Assembly: GCA_046563655.1 (NCBI GenBank)
Contig: CM102285.1
Location: 6,386,001-6,450,000, forward strand
From: Yuukianura sp. NJ FZ-2021
Taxonomy: Eukaryota
DNA: 64,000 nucleotides
Direction of reading: 5' to 3'
A program made the position numbers and the translations under genes. This document shows, piece after piece, positions 32,370-45,900 of the stretch. Position 1 is the first letter of the stretch, and each line of letters begins with the position of its first letter. A model generated the notes under the pieces. The model had not been told where the DNA came from and searched no databases. It saw nothing but the letters and a program-made list of their open reading frames with translations.

Positions 32370-33265
32370 CAGGGTGTACCACCAGAAAGGAAACGCCAAA
32401 AATTCGTTGCTATGAGCAACTTAACAAAAACTTGTAAACATGGAGGGGAAAACGTACTCAATAATAACGAGCTTTAAAAAAATTTTTTTCTTAATTTCTG
32501 CCAGACCCGTTCGATCGTTCGATCGGACTTAGCAAGGTCTGGTTCACAGTGAAATTTTTTATGGTCTAGGGCGTTAGCAAGGTTTGGTTCAAAGTGAAAA
32601 TTTTTATACTCAGCGGTCTCAGCAAGGTCTGGTTCACAGTGAAAATTTTTATGGTCTAGGGACTTAGCAAGGTCTGGTTCACAGTGAAATATTTTATGCT
32701 CAAGGGCGTTAGCAAGGTTTGGTTCACAGTGAAAATTTTTATACTCAGCGGTCTCAGCAAGGTCTGGTTCACAGTGAAAATTTTTATGGTCTAGGGACTT
32801 AGCAAGGTCTGGTTCACAGTGAAATATTTTATGCTCAAGGGACTTAGCAAGGTTTGGTTCACAGTGAAAATTTTTATGCTCTAGGGCCTTAGCAAGGGTC
32901 TGGTTTTCAGTAGAAATTTTTATACTCATTACTCAACGGTCTTAGCAACGTCTGGTTTTCACAACTTCAGGTGTGAGTTTCAAATTTTGTTGTGTAACCA
33001 AATTTTGTAACAAAAAAACCAAACCTCTGATGTTTTGATTTGAAATCAGATACTGGGCCCAAGAAAACCCTCACTGAATGAGTGACATCAAATCACAAAA
33101 TTCTCCAAAATTAAACGTTTGGACTGGTGTGAACGGTGATCACATCGTGGGACCGTTTTTCTTAGGCTTTTTTTTTCTAATATTTGCTACGGTTTCCCCC
33201 TCATATTCGATCAAATAAACAAAGAAATTAGTTTTCGAGCGTTTCCTTTCTGGTGGTACACCCTG
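32370..33265. mobile_element. Tc1/mariner-type MITE containing a minisatellite
   Basis: Perfect 27-bp TIRs CAGGGTGTACCACCAGAAAGGAAACGC, with a TA TSD on both sides. Confidence 0.92.
32527..32960. repeat. 45-bp minisatellite, ~9 units
   Basis: Unit AGCAAGGTCTGGTTCACAGTGAAAATTTTTATGGTCTAGGGACTT, with three alternating variants. Confidence 0.95.
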
Positions 33266-35139
33266 TACACCACCAGTTGTGGAATCTAATTTTTTATTTA
33301 GAAGAAACCCAAGCATTCGGAACAATTACTTTGTAGATAAAGATTACTTGAGTGATAAAACTGATGAAAAAATTTTGAGAGAAAAAACTAAGAAATATAA
33401 CTTGAGTGAAAATTCAAATAGTATTTGTTGACGGGGAGCATTTTTGTTTTTGTAGTTTCCTTGTCATAGGGACCAGTAAAGATTTCCAAATTGGGTTAAT
33501 TTTCATTCCGTTGTCTTGATTTAAGGAGGGATAAGAGGCAGCGTTTGTTTACGATTTGGTGTCAGCTATTGCCGTTAGTAACAAAGCAATATCACAGCTC
33601 AAACTTGTAAAAGTCGGCACTGTTTCCAATGGTTGACAAACCAAAGTTTTTCGTAGGATAGTAATTCAAACAACCATGGGTTCACTAACAACAGCAACTT
33701 TGTGCCCATGGAGACGGTTGATTTCAGTGCCGATATTTGGAAATTGTTGAATAATGTCAGAATTACATCTGTTTTGTCTTATAACTTTTTTATTATAAGA
33801 CCTAAAAAAGCGTTTGGGGTGTCTAAAAATCCGAAAGACCATTGCACATAAGTTATATTTACCAAATTCCCGAATTTTTGTATCATAACAGGCTTAGAGA
33901 AAAACAAACGTTGTATGCAATTTTTAACCTCATTCCAGAACAAAAAGGCAAATTCTGAGAAATATAACTTATTCTACTGATAATAACGATTTTTTAGAGT
34001 CCTCGTACACATTTCTGCGTTATTCCTGTGAATACTTATAAGGCCCTAAAGACTTTAAATTAATTAACTTAGTTAATTAATTTGAAGCGGAACAAGACCA
34101 TCTGTTGCCATGGCTCATGTGTCCTTAAATTGTCCGATTCAGACTCGATGAAAAAGAGATTCGTAGAACTTCCTATGGAAGTTTTTCGGTTCTTTTAAAA
34201 TCAGACTTGCTCAGTCGAATAAGATGTCGTGGTTTTGATAGTATTTCATAGTCTTTCAGATGCTTGAGACATGACAAATGACAAATATAACATAACCTAA
34301 CGCAAAAAGGACCGCGATCTATCTGAAAAATTGGTGGAACCACGTAGATTTTTATAGTAGTCATTTACACAGAACTCAGTTCTTTTATTAATCGCCTATG
34401 TACCGAAAACGAACTAGATAACTTACGAGCAGAGTTTATGTGATTATTGTTTTGTTCCGGTAGTCTTTGCGAACGATTCCTAAATGAGTCACAGCGGCAA
34501 GTGTACGCCGCGTTTAAAATAAACAAAGCTCATTTTGAGAAGTGACTATGATTACTAAGTTTACTGTATTGCTTTGCAAAACAGTTGTTTTCCAACGCAT
34601 GCAGCTTCCGTTGTTGTCTAAAACATTTCCATGTCTTCTTGTCTTAACTGTTTGAGAGAGGCAAGACCAAAGGGCACAGGCACATTTGTGGATTCATAGC
34701 AATCCCAACATGGCAACGGAAACATGACGTTAAATTATGCATACCCACCGAAACAATAAATTAAATTCAAATTGATCGGCATAGTTAACTTTTCTCTTAA
34801 AATTTAACCTTTCCCACAGTTTTCGTAATTAGTATTGGTCAGTCTTTCTATTATTTATATATGTAATTTGGGTACAAGCAAAAATGTATTTCTAAAAAAA
34901 CGGACTGATAGTATTAAATATAAAACTGAGTCGGTTTCATAAATGAACCAGTTCATTGGATTTACATTGTAAACTCCCTTAGATAATCTGGACTTTAACA
35001 TTACCCTCAGATTTAGCGTGCGTATGTGTATTAAACACAAGGCTGGTAGCCAACTTACTAGTTCGTAGAGTTGCACTGCTGCACTTTAAGTAATGGATGG
35101 TTGTTTAGTTGAGTTTGAAGAGTAATAACGTCAGACTTA

Positions 35140-36871
35140 CTAATCTTGACTGACTTCGCTATCAAAGCCTTCCTCGTACTCCTCCTCTGTTTCGTCTAAG
35201 TCCACTTCAGTTTTTATTTCCAGCAGATTCTCATCGTCATCGGCATCAGCACTGTCATCACCAGAAAGTAGCATGTCGTCCTTACATTCGTCTTTACTAA
35301 CACGTCGAGCTCTTTTCTTAGGTGGCACGACGGAATGCTCTCGGTGACCACTTCGATGACCGTTTTGACTACGCATAGGCTTTCGCTTTGAGGTTCCAGA
35401 AGTCTTCTGCTTAGCTTCTTCCAACTGACGTTTTTCTTTCAAGAGCCTTGACTCCCGGCGGCGCCTTAACCGTTCTTGAATTGGAAAATTTTGAAGGTCG
35501 TCATCCCGTCGCTCCTTTTTGTGCTCAAAAACTAAAGAGTACGCAACCTCAACGGCAGTTTGAACTATTGCCACACTTTTCCCAGTTATGGTAATACTTC
35601 CAGTAGAAAATATCTTGAGAGTTGCTCCAGTGTCACGGATTTTATATGTGCACCCTGGATGAAGTTCAGGCTCGTAACTGAAAAGACAAATGCATGTATT
35701 AGAAAAACAAAGATATCATGTGGCCCATCACTTACCAATAGGCACGAAACAAAAGCGGTACATGCTCGTTATAACTACCTGGCAAGTCTAGGATGAGCCG
35801 ATGCGAAGTCGGCAATCTTTATAGCAAAAGGCATTGTACAGGTGGCGAGCACATTCACCACCCTGTAGTTTGTGAACTTAGCATTGAATCCCAGTTTCTG
35901 AATTATACGCGCACATCTTCGAGCTCCTTTCTTCGCCTCATCTTCAGTGGTTGCACCAGTCATTGTAATTTTACCGGAAGACCAAATGGAAGCCGTGCAG
36001 CGAGGTTCGCGTAGCTTCATTACCAGCATCTGCAAAAAGAGAAATTGAAAAACCCGTGTTAAATTCATTATTAACTACATCAAACTACCAGATTTACTAT
36101 TCTGAAGGCTTCCTGCGCAATGACACATGATAACCCAGTCCTCACATCCAATCTGCATGAACTTTAAGGTTAAAAAAAAAACTTCCCTTTCGGGTGGAGT
36201 TGGACTTACAAGTTGCAAGTTTTCTTTAAAAAAAAATCCTATACTTAATTAAGCGGAGTAGGAAATAAGTACTGAATGAGTTATGCAGCTAGAAGTTACA
36301 TTCTTCTGCAACACGTTATTCGACGGACGATCCTCGGCTGCACGGAACATATCAGGAGCTTAATCCGTATTACTCAACGTGTTGTAAGCCCCTTAGAAAT
36401 ACCATTGGTAACTGTTCTCGTTCTCATACCCATTATATTATTTTGAAGTGAATGAGTGCTCATCCTAAGCGACTTAAAAGTTTTAAGTTAAAACTATAAA
36501 CTGTCTATCGTAACACTTCTTTCATCTTTCATGAAGAAAGTAACGATTACATCATGTGTGGAAAAGGTTAGGCATGTTTTCTGCAATAGTTACTTGTCCG
36601 TCAACCTTAAAACGGGTATTTACGCAATGTAGGCCCTCAACAGCGTTTAACAAATATTTCTAGTCATGAAATCTACTAAAATATTAATACAATCCCGGTT
36701 TTTACATACCGCCATGGACTTGTGGTACTCGACATTTAGGCCAGTCATTGCAATTTGTCTGAGATTGAGATGACACCGGACACTGAAACTGCAGACAACG
36801 TTGTTTAAGATGATGTCAAGGTTGGGCTCGTGACTAGCGTCACATCCGTTTGTTGGTTGTGTTTGCATCAT
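35140..36871 (-). CDS. Trf2: TBP-related factor 2 (TBP-like protein 1); exons 36871-36710, 36029-35779, 35677-35140 (~316 aa)
   Basis: Motifs DIILNNVVCSFSVRCHLNLRQIA, MKLREPRCTASIWSSGKITMTG, YRVVNVLATCTMPFAI and SYEPELHPG..LKIFSTGSITITG. GT-AG introns keep the frame. Further 5' exons are possible. Confidence 0.93.
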
Positions 36872-37856
36872 GAGGCTGGCGATTTTAGTAGCGATGATCA
36901 GATGAGCTCCGTATGATTGCAACAGTTGCGACACCGAAAACCGAACAACCGAAAATTACCGATGCAGCGTTCAACCAAGGTCGGTGTTCCTGGCCCGCAA
37001 TAAGAAATACAACATGTAGTTAAAGTTGTGTGAGAAGGGGACTTCCGTTTCAGTACACCAGAAACTAGGGTTGCAATTTTAACAATAGAACGGGGTATAG
37101 TTTTTATGACTGATTTTAATTTCAAATCACAACTCAGACTCAAAACTCAAAATTCAAATACTCGTACGCTTACGCTTACGGTATCCAGAAAGCGAACTTC
37201 TGACGATCGTTAATTTCGAACCATTGTACGTGTAACCTCTTCCTTGTTATGTGTCCTACTTGTTCTCTTTTTAATTTCCTTCCAGCGTATTACTCAGAAT
37301 TCAGAAAATAATAAACTCAAGTCAAGTCAAGTGCAATATTACAAATGCAGAATAGTATAGCACAATAGGCTTACTTACTTACTTTCTCTGTAGTAGCCGA
37401 AAAAGTTGGACCCTACGACAGGCTCTGGCTTATGACAAATTATGGCCACACAAACTTTTAAGAGAAGTTTGCATTCAGAAGGTGCTATAACTGTAGTGTG
37501 TAAAACGGTGTTTAATCCTCAGAATTGTGATGCTTACAAAACATATCCTAGGATTCTTAGGAATGGTCATCCGAACTAACACATTCAGAATTTACGCTGG
37601 GAAGTGAATTTTTATATCACTCTAGCGCCTGCCTAATCCTCAGTAACCTTAGGTTTGGTTTGTTAAGCGTTCATTCTGGGGATTAGACACCGGAGCAATA
37701 CTCAGTGTTGTATATTTTTCAAGGTTGGGTAGTTTTTTTTTCCTATCAGTGAAAGAAACTGAAATAATGAAATAAATGAAAAAAACTGAAAAATTGAAGA
37801 AAAAACTGAAAGAAGGGGTTACAAACTGAAATTTTTATCGTCGTTTTTTCCAATTC

Positions 37857-38915
37857 TATGGAGGGGTATTGATGACTCCAAAGATAAATTATATTTAATT
37901 AATTTAAAGAAATTTTTTTTTCTAAATAAAAATATTTTATTATAACAAGAAATATTTTTCCAAAAAAAAAATTTTTTTTCTTAAAAAGATATTTTTTTAG
38001 TAAAACAAAATTTTGCGCTGTAAAAGGTTTTATTTTTATATTTTTAAAAATATTTTAGTGTCTGATATGGAGGGTATTGATGACTCCAAAGATAAAAATT
38101 ATATTTAATTAATTTAGAGAAAATTTTTTCTAGATAAAAATGTTTTTTTGTAAAAAGAAATATTTTTTCAAAAAAAAAGTTTTTTTCTTAAAAGGATATT
38201 TTTTTAGTAAAACAAAATTTTGTGCTGTAAAAAGTTTTATTTTTATTTCTTTAAAAATATTTTAGTGTTAATTAACTTTTAATTTTAGAATCTGGGTTAA
38301 ATTTTAGCTAACTTTCACTTTCACTCATGTTGGGTAAGCTTATTTAATAAAATTTAAGTTAAGTTCATTTTGAAGTTTTCGCGCTCATAAGATTCGACTT
38401 GTTTACATTCGCGGGAACGGCATTCACGCCTTTGGGTTTCGTGAGAACTTAATGATAAGTGCAATTAAAATCACAGCATGAAACAAGGAAGGAAACTATG
38501 TGGATGTATTTACTAGATTGTGTGATCACAAAAAGCGTACGTCTTGTTTACAGAAACTAAGACAGAAATCCCGACGTGGTGTTTGCTTCATGTAAAAAGT
38601 TTTTTTCAGCGCATTGGTACACAAAAAAAAATTCGGCCAAAAATACAAAAAAAATGTGAAGAACTAAAAATATTTTCTAATTTCATTAAAAAAAAATTTT
38701 TCTTGTTCAGACACTAAAATATTTTTAAAAATATAAAAATAAAACTTTTTACAGCACAAAATTTTGTTTTACTAAAAAAATATCCTTTTCAGAAAAAAAC
38801 TTTTTTTTTGAAAAAATATTTCTTTTTCGTAAAAAAACATTTTTATCTAAAAAATTTTTTCTCTAAATTAATTAAATATAATTTTTATCTTTGGAGTCAT
38901 CAATACCCCTCCATA
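37857..38915. mobile_element. Non-autonomous DNA transposon with ~209-bp TIRs (IS3EU-like ends); left TIR duplicated in tandem
   Basis: Starts TATGGAGGGGTATTGATGACTCC and ends GGAGTCATCAATACCCCTCCATA. 6-bp TSD CAATTC at 37851-37856 and 38916-38921. A second left-TIR copy starts at 38066. Confidence 0.8.
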
Positions 38916-39243
38916 CAATTCACTGAAACAAATTGAAAGGAAGTGGAAAAATTGAAATATTTCAGCTTATCAGTGAAAGAAATTAAAGAACCTCAAAAGG
39001 TTTATTTCATTTCATGTATTATTCAGCTTTTTTTGATTTTTCACTGAAAAGTAAAATATTTCAGTTCTAATTACTGTCCATACTTCATTTATTAAAGAGT
39101 CTTACTCTCGTACTTGATTTTTTTTAGCAAATGATTGTACTTGTATTTCCTCAGCCCTGACCGCGAACATTGGATGTGAATCCGTGGAGTCCGAGGATTA
39201 GTTTGTTGTTGAACTTCCAATAAATTCTAATCAATGGTTTGAA

Positions 39244-41290
39244 CTCGGGACTCCCTCAAAGGCGCATCGCGGATTCAGCGGATTACCACGTCCTATCTGA
39301 GGAAAAGGCGGATTACCGCGCACTATACTGGGAAAGCGCTAATTATCGTGTAATAGCAAAAGGCGGATTACCGCATACTATACGGGGAAGAGGTGGAATA
39401 TCGCAAACTATAAGAGGAGAAGCACAAATTACACGAAAATATCATCACTAGATATCACTTTACAAATTTTATTTTCAATTATTTTAATTTTAATTCATTT
39501 AAAATCTACCTACTCTTGAATTTAATTAACTTTCATTCCAATCAATCTGAATTTAAACTAACAGAAATGTGGAAAGTTCCACTTACTCAACCATGTTTAA
39601 AGCCGATTTGTTCAAATAGCTGTTCAGTAACGCATTTCCGCTGTAAATTAGCTTCACTGAGAACAGGAACCCTTGTACATGATTACATGATGTCAGTGTT
39701 TAAACGAGAACTAGACCTCCCCTCCAAAGTTCTAATTTAGTTCAAAAATTTTGAGGGCTTACCGTTTTCATCAAGCTTGTTTAACTCGAAATGTTTATTT
39801 CTTCTTATAAGATTATGTCAGAACTGATGTTTTCAAATTTTCAAATTTTTTGAACCACACATCTGACGCGGCTCCGTTGCGTTAGCAATTCGAATTTAAA
39901 GTATGACTCAGCAACGTGAAAATTAGAAGATTATTGTGAAAATCAACAAAATTGGTCCAGAAGTTGTTTTTTTTTTGTGTTTTTTTATTTAAACCGGAGT
40001 TATGACATAACCTGTTACGCCATTTTAGTATAAATGGTCGATATAGCAATCTTGGTTTTCATGGAGTTGATGCACCAAAACGTCGCTCAAAATTTTCAGT
40101 GTGGATGCGAGGTCCTATTTTGTGCATGAGTTGCACCAAAATTGGGTTGGCTATTCTACCACTTAATTGCACCAAAATCATGTTCCAGTTTTGAGCCCCA
40201 AAATATTTGCACTGAATTGATGTTCTTAATTTGTTGAGCAAGATGCACATCATGTATCGTCGGTGTTGCCATGGCAATGTACTATTAGCGAAAAGAGCGT
40301 AAACCGAACGACATCAAAATTAATGATATCGAAATTGAGATATTTGCATGATGAACAAATTTGAATGCTGAGCATGGATGAGTCGAATATCCCTTCTTCT
40401 AGATCGAAATCGGTTGATGAAAATGCACAATGTGTTAACTTAAGTGCATAAGTTATTCAGCCGAAAATCGCTTGTTTATAATCAAAATTATAATAATTTC
40501 TTGCAAAGGCAAATTTGAACCCTGCCAAGCACTATTTACGTATTACGAATATAAGCCAGAATTTCTACCCTCTAACTAGGCTTAATTGAACAACATAATT
40601 AAATTAACTGTCAGAAAATGACCAGATCAAAACTCCGTTGTTTATAAATAGTTTGAGTGCAATCGAAACCAAAACAGTTTTGCGGAGCCACGATAATGCG
40701 GGTACGTAAAGTAGCCGGCCAGTTCTCCGTCGTTAATTTAACACGTTGAGTGCAATGTAGACCTACAAAAACGCTTGAGCGACACATAACCCCCCGCCAA
40801 TAATGGGACTGTTTCAGTGGAAAAGGTCCTATTTATAAAAAAATAATCAATAGTGATAAATAAATAAGAATTAAAAATTTGAACCGAATGGAATTTAAGT
40901 CACCACACTGTAAACCATCAACCCGAATTTGAGTTATATTCAAGTCAAAATTAGCTAATTTTTAAGTAAATAGAATTAAGTTTAAATTTTGATTAATTGA
41001 AATGGAAGTTAATTAAATTTAAGATTAATTAAATTTTAAATGAATTAAAATTAAATATAATTAAACTGATATCTAGTGATTATATTTTCGTATAATCTTC
41101 TGCTCTGATGGTTTGCGATAATCCACCCCTTCCCGGTATAGCACGTAGGGATCCGCCTTTTCTTATCGTTAGTTTAGTACGCGGTAATCTACGTTTTCCC
41201 AGTATAGTGCGCAATAATCCGCCTTGTTCTCACATAGTACGCGGTAATCCGCTGAATCCGCCTAATCCGCGATCCGCCTTTTAGTCCCTC
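39244..41290. mobile_element. Foldback-type DNA element with ~330-bp imperfect TIRs built of GCGGATTACCGCG sub-repeats
   Basis: 39244-~39560 is an imperfect inverted copy of ~40970-41290. TGAA flanks both ends. Superfamily uncertain. Confidence 0.7.
39990..40812 (+). mobile_element. Second Helentron-like non-autonomous element; ~740 bp shared with 30180-30915
   Basis: 40055-40797 aligns by eye to 30180-30915 in direct orientation. Starts in a T-run with GGAGTTATGACATAACC and ends CATAACCCCCCG plus a short hairpin. Confidence 0.55.
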
Positions 41291-41366
41291 TGAACGCTGC
41301 GTTGACGTAAACCTGAGCGATTGTCAGTGTAGTCACAGATCAGTGAACCCATATTTGGACGACTTA

Positions 41367-42518
41367 AGGCCGTTTCACACCGGACCACTGGATGGATTTT
41401 CCTTCCACTGGACGGCAATCCAGTCTTTCACACCAGATTTAATCCGTCTGGATGGATCATCCAGAGAAAGTTGGGGTGGATTTTTTTTCCATGGACTGGA
41501 TTTCCGTTCTTTCACACCGAAAAAATCCATCCATGGAAATTTTTTCCACTGGATTTTCTTGTAATGCTGAGAGATGGGAGAAACGATCCAGACCAAAAGT
41601 TCATTCAGGTGAACTTTTGGTCTGGATTGAGTTATGATTTGTCTTACCTTGCCCCAATTTTCTCACGGGCGCGCTGATCGAAAGTTTAAAACGACAAAAC
41701 AAATCAAACAGCACTTGTTTTTCTAATAACAATACACAACTACAACTTCGCTTTGATTTTAGTCGAAAGTTAATTATTGTTTACAATTAATCAAAGTTAT
41801 AATGGATAACGATGGTAAACTGCACGACGGGGACGAGTTGTAAAGTTAAGCATGGCGCCATGCTATTAATCTAGTTGTTTATAGTTAAAGCTGAAGTTTC
41901 CAATTTAGAAAAACTTTGTGACTTGCGTGCCAGCCGAAAGATTCACCTCTACCAAACTTGCTTAGGTCAATGATGGGATCAACTTCTGTCCTGTGACTCA
42001 TGACTCTCGACCCTGCGACCACACCCTGAGACTATAGGTTAGGTTCCGTTAGGCAAAACTACTCAGGTTGATAAAACTATACTCAAATGGAAGGAACTGA
42101 TCATGTCAAAGGTCAAAGGTCACGTCAAAGGTCAAACATCATGACACCTTTTTCAGCATTGCGTCAAAGGTCATATGACACATACAAGCCAAGTTCTAGA
42201 AAAATCAAGCAATTATTTCGAAATTTGACCTTTGACACACTTTGACGGTAATTTTTTCATGTGTCACGGGCCATGTCACTCGCAAAAGGACTACAATTCG
42301 GCGCCGGTCATTTACTTGCTTTTCAGAAATTCAATGGAAAATCTCTGTTCACACCGCATCCATGGAATTTTTTTCCACTGGACGGAAAATCCATCCATGG
42401 AAAAAAAATCCACCCCTCGCTTTCCCCAAAATCTGGTGTGAAAGAGTCAAAATTTTATCCATGGACTGGACGTCCAGTGGACGGAAAATCCATCCAGAGC
42501 TCCGGTGTGAAACGGCCT
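41367..42518. mobile_element. PIF/Harbinger-type MITE
   Basis: TIR AGGCCGTTTCACACCGGA / TCCGGTGTGAAACGGCCT, 3-bp TSD TTA, and subterminal TCCATCCATGGA repeats. Confidence 0.88.
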
Positions 42519-42943
42519 TTAACATTACGAACGTTGCTTCCGTTGCAGTTGCCACTATGTAGCCATCCTCGGTTTGCGTAGCGTAAAAAATATTACATTA
42601 TATATATGATATGTCTCGTTGTGTAGCAATGTATTGTAGGCACAGGTCACATTAATGAGAGTGAATCCTTACCCGGCACTTATTTGCTAACGAAGAATCT
42701 GGTGTGACTATTCCCCTGACCCTTTTTATTCTCGTTTAACTCAAATTAACAGAAGGAACAGGTGATTCTACAGAAGTATAAGCTAAACCTTACATAAGAA
42801 AACCCAGTAACCCCTGTGAAGTTACCAACTCGTTTCTTGAATTACAATCGGATCGGAGGACGACTGTGATCAGTGACCCAGGCCACCTGACGGAAGAGCT
42901 ATTAGAGCTGGCCGTGTCTGTCTTCTAATACAACTAATTCAAG

Positions 42944-45900
42944 ATGTCGGATGTGCCTGGATGGAGAGGCTCGAGTCAATGGAGTCTGGTTAGAGTGCTT
43001 TTGCCAGGACAGGAAATGAACCCGCTGACTTTGTTGCTCTCAGAGGTTCGTGACTAGTATATCTGTAATGTGGCTTTAATGTGACTAAATGATTACAATT
43101 GACAAGATCATTTGAAAATAGTAATGCAATTGAGCCTGTGACCACCGCTTGACGTAGATGGCAGTTGGTTAGGTTTGCGAGTGCTTCCATTTGCATTTGT
43201 AGGAACTTATTAAACGTCTTCCATTGCTCAATTAACCATAATTTCGCACAGCTTTGGTCGTTTTGCTTCAAAGTACATACAGATTTTCATGTTCTTTTTT
43301 TTGTTTTTGTTTAGGAAACATATGAAATTGGAAGGCTCGATGGCGCTGGACGTATCAAAGTCTCAGGAAGTGGATTTATTTCCAAAAAGCATTGCAAAAT
43401 ATATCTTCGAAATGGAATCTGGAGGTTGCTGGACATGGGTGTAAGAATTATTGACACGAAATGTAGACATTATCTTTCCGTTTCCGTCTTAGAAATTCAA
43501 TTGCATATTTCAACGTCAGTAGGAACCATTGATGTTCATTAAAGACTAAAGAGTACAGAGGTTCACCATTTTTAGGCTGACGCTGAATTGCTGTTTCATT
43601 TTGGAGTTCAATGTGGTGAGTTGTGGATCTGCATGTTAGGTTAGGTTTTGTCGTGTGATGTATGGAAGCGGTGGGTTGTGGTGGGTAACCTAACCTAACG
43701 TACACCCACCACATCGAACTCCAGAATGAAACCGCAATTCAGACCATTTTCGCTCGACGACTTTCTCCGACTGATCATTGAATTTCTTTTACGTATAACA
43801 ACCTTACCTTGTTACTTGCTAATTTGTTTTTTGTATGTACTATTTGGACCTTTAGTCAATGAATGGCACATTCCTAAATGGAGTAAGAATTTTCGAGGAA
43901 CGGGAGTTACGTCAAGGCGATCTAGTTGGTCTAGGTGTACATCAGCTAAACTTGAATCTTGAGCGTCCATACGAAGCTTATTTCATGTTTCGGTTTGTTC
44001 AGGTAACGCAATTTGTTTTGATTTTTTTTACAGCTCATTTAATTTATATATTTTGGTTCTTAATATTTTGTATTGTTGTGGCTGGACTAGCTAACCGAAT
44101 CATAAGTCCACGCACAACATGCATCAATGCATGAGTTTTTTTGTTTCAATGCACTTCCTGTCTCCTTCCTGCTTAAAGATTTTAAGTTTCGTTTTAACAA
44201 CAACGCCAAGCCGATCCGTGTCAAACCAAACCATGGGTTGCAAAAACTGGTTGTAGTTTGAATTTTAGGAAGTGAGAATTTGGGAACCGCTGGATTGCAG
44301 TTGGTTCTTTTTGTTGTGGCCTATGGAACCGACTGCGATGTAGTTATCACCAGTTTTAATTGTGATTACATTGAGACCTAACGTTATTCGGCTTTTCAAT
44401 TGTCAGGTTGTAGCCCACCTAGAGATTCCTGTAATACCTTGCTCGAATCGCATAGAAATCAAGCAAGAAACGCCAGAAGTAATCACTATACCTTCCGATG
44501 ATGAGGAACCGCTGCTAAACCCGACTACTTACACTTCACCACCATCCACTATTACTAATGAAATTCTGAAACAAGAAAATTTCGTTCCGAAGTCCGAACT
44601 AGATCCTGTAAATCCTATTACCCGAGAAGGACAAGCTTTGACAAGCTGCAATGGCACAGAACTCGCTGCGGGAAATCAGTTGGAAACTTCTGACCGTGAA
44701 CACAAACGAGAATTAGTAGCCGATGTCAAGGAAGAAACGTATGAAGCAAGTAAGCAGTCCATGGTAAGGCTTTTTTCTTGTTTATAGTTAAGTATCCCCA
44801 AGTATACTTAACTCAAGCAGTGCAGAGCGCATCAAATAGGCTCTGCGTGATTTGTGAACTTATTTTTTGCTTGTTATCAACGTGCAACGTGGAGAGAAAG
44901 GTGTCTTTATTTAGTCGTATTTGTTGATTCACATTTTATAAAAATGTGATTCAAAATCTAACGCGAATCAATGGTGCTATATGTACAGCCGATAAAAAAT
45001 GAGGGAATTGGATTTCTGATACTTGCTACCTACTACTTGTTGAATACAATTAGCAAATGCTAGTATCTTCAGAAGTACCATTCATAAAACTGTTTACTTT
45101 GTAATATTTAAAGGAGTCCTCTCCAGTAAAGAAATATCGGCGGATCATGTCTATACCTTCCTCTTCGTCGTCATCTGATGAACATGTTTCTGATGAACTG
45201 GATCATACTGACAATCCTTACGCCGTTCCTCCAGTAACAATCGAGCCGCCTCTGTCGAGCATAAATTTATTGCAAATGTCGCCTCCAACTGCAAAGTTGA
45301 TAGAGAGGTTGCGCCGACATCCGCCGAAACTTTTAGTCACTCCGGTGATATCGTTTTCGAAACGAAGTAGTATCCTTCTTACACTTCCCAAGGAGTGGAA
45401 GCAAAACCTGGATTCGAATTCTCTGAAAAGGGTAAATTGATCTCTACTCTGTTAATGATTGGTTCCCTTCCATGTCAGAAAGGCGCAGTCAAAACGGGCT
45501 GAAAATAATTGAACCCGATGCGATGCCCCAAAGTGGGGCTAAAGTTTATGCCAACGGCCCAAGCCACCCCTGCGTATTGTCAATTTATTCCTTACTTTAA
45601 TTATGTTAGTTGTTAGTCCAGTTCCAACGTTGTTAAACTACTTCTTAATTATAGCCCTCAATCAACTATTACTCGTTTTACTGACGATTTGTTTTTTGTT
45701 TTTTTTGATTTTTTTTCAGGCCAAATTACAATTTAAAGCGTCCTGCGCAAGAAACGACGTCAACGTATATGATGGCAAAACTCCAATCAATGGTAAGCGG
45801 TTGCACTCGCACAGTTTCAGAAATGAAAGGAAGGGGGGTAGGGGCTTCTCATCAACAAAAGTTTTTTGAAAAAAAAAAAACATGGACTCAACATTTTTCA

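Noticed and set aside
32474..32929. 151-aa repeat protein ORF, or a CRISPR-like array
   Set aside because: It is a by-product of a 45-bp tandem repeat inside a MITE. The units are contiguous with no unique spacers, and the DNA is eukaryotic.
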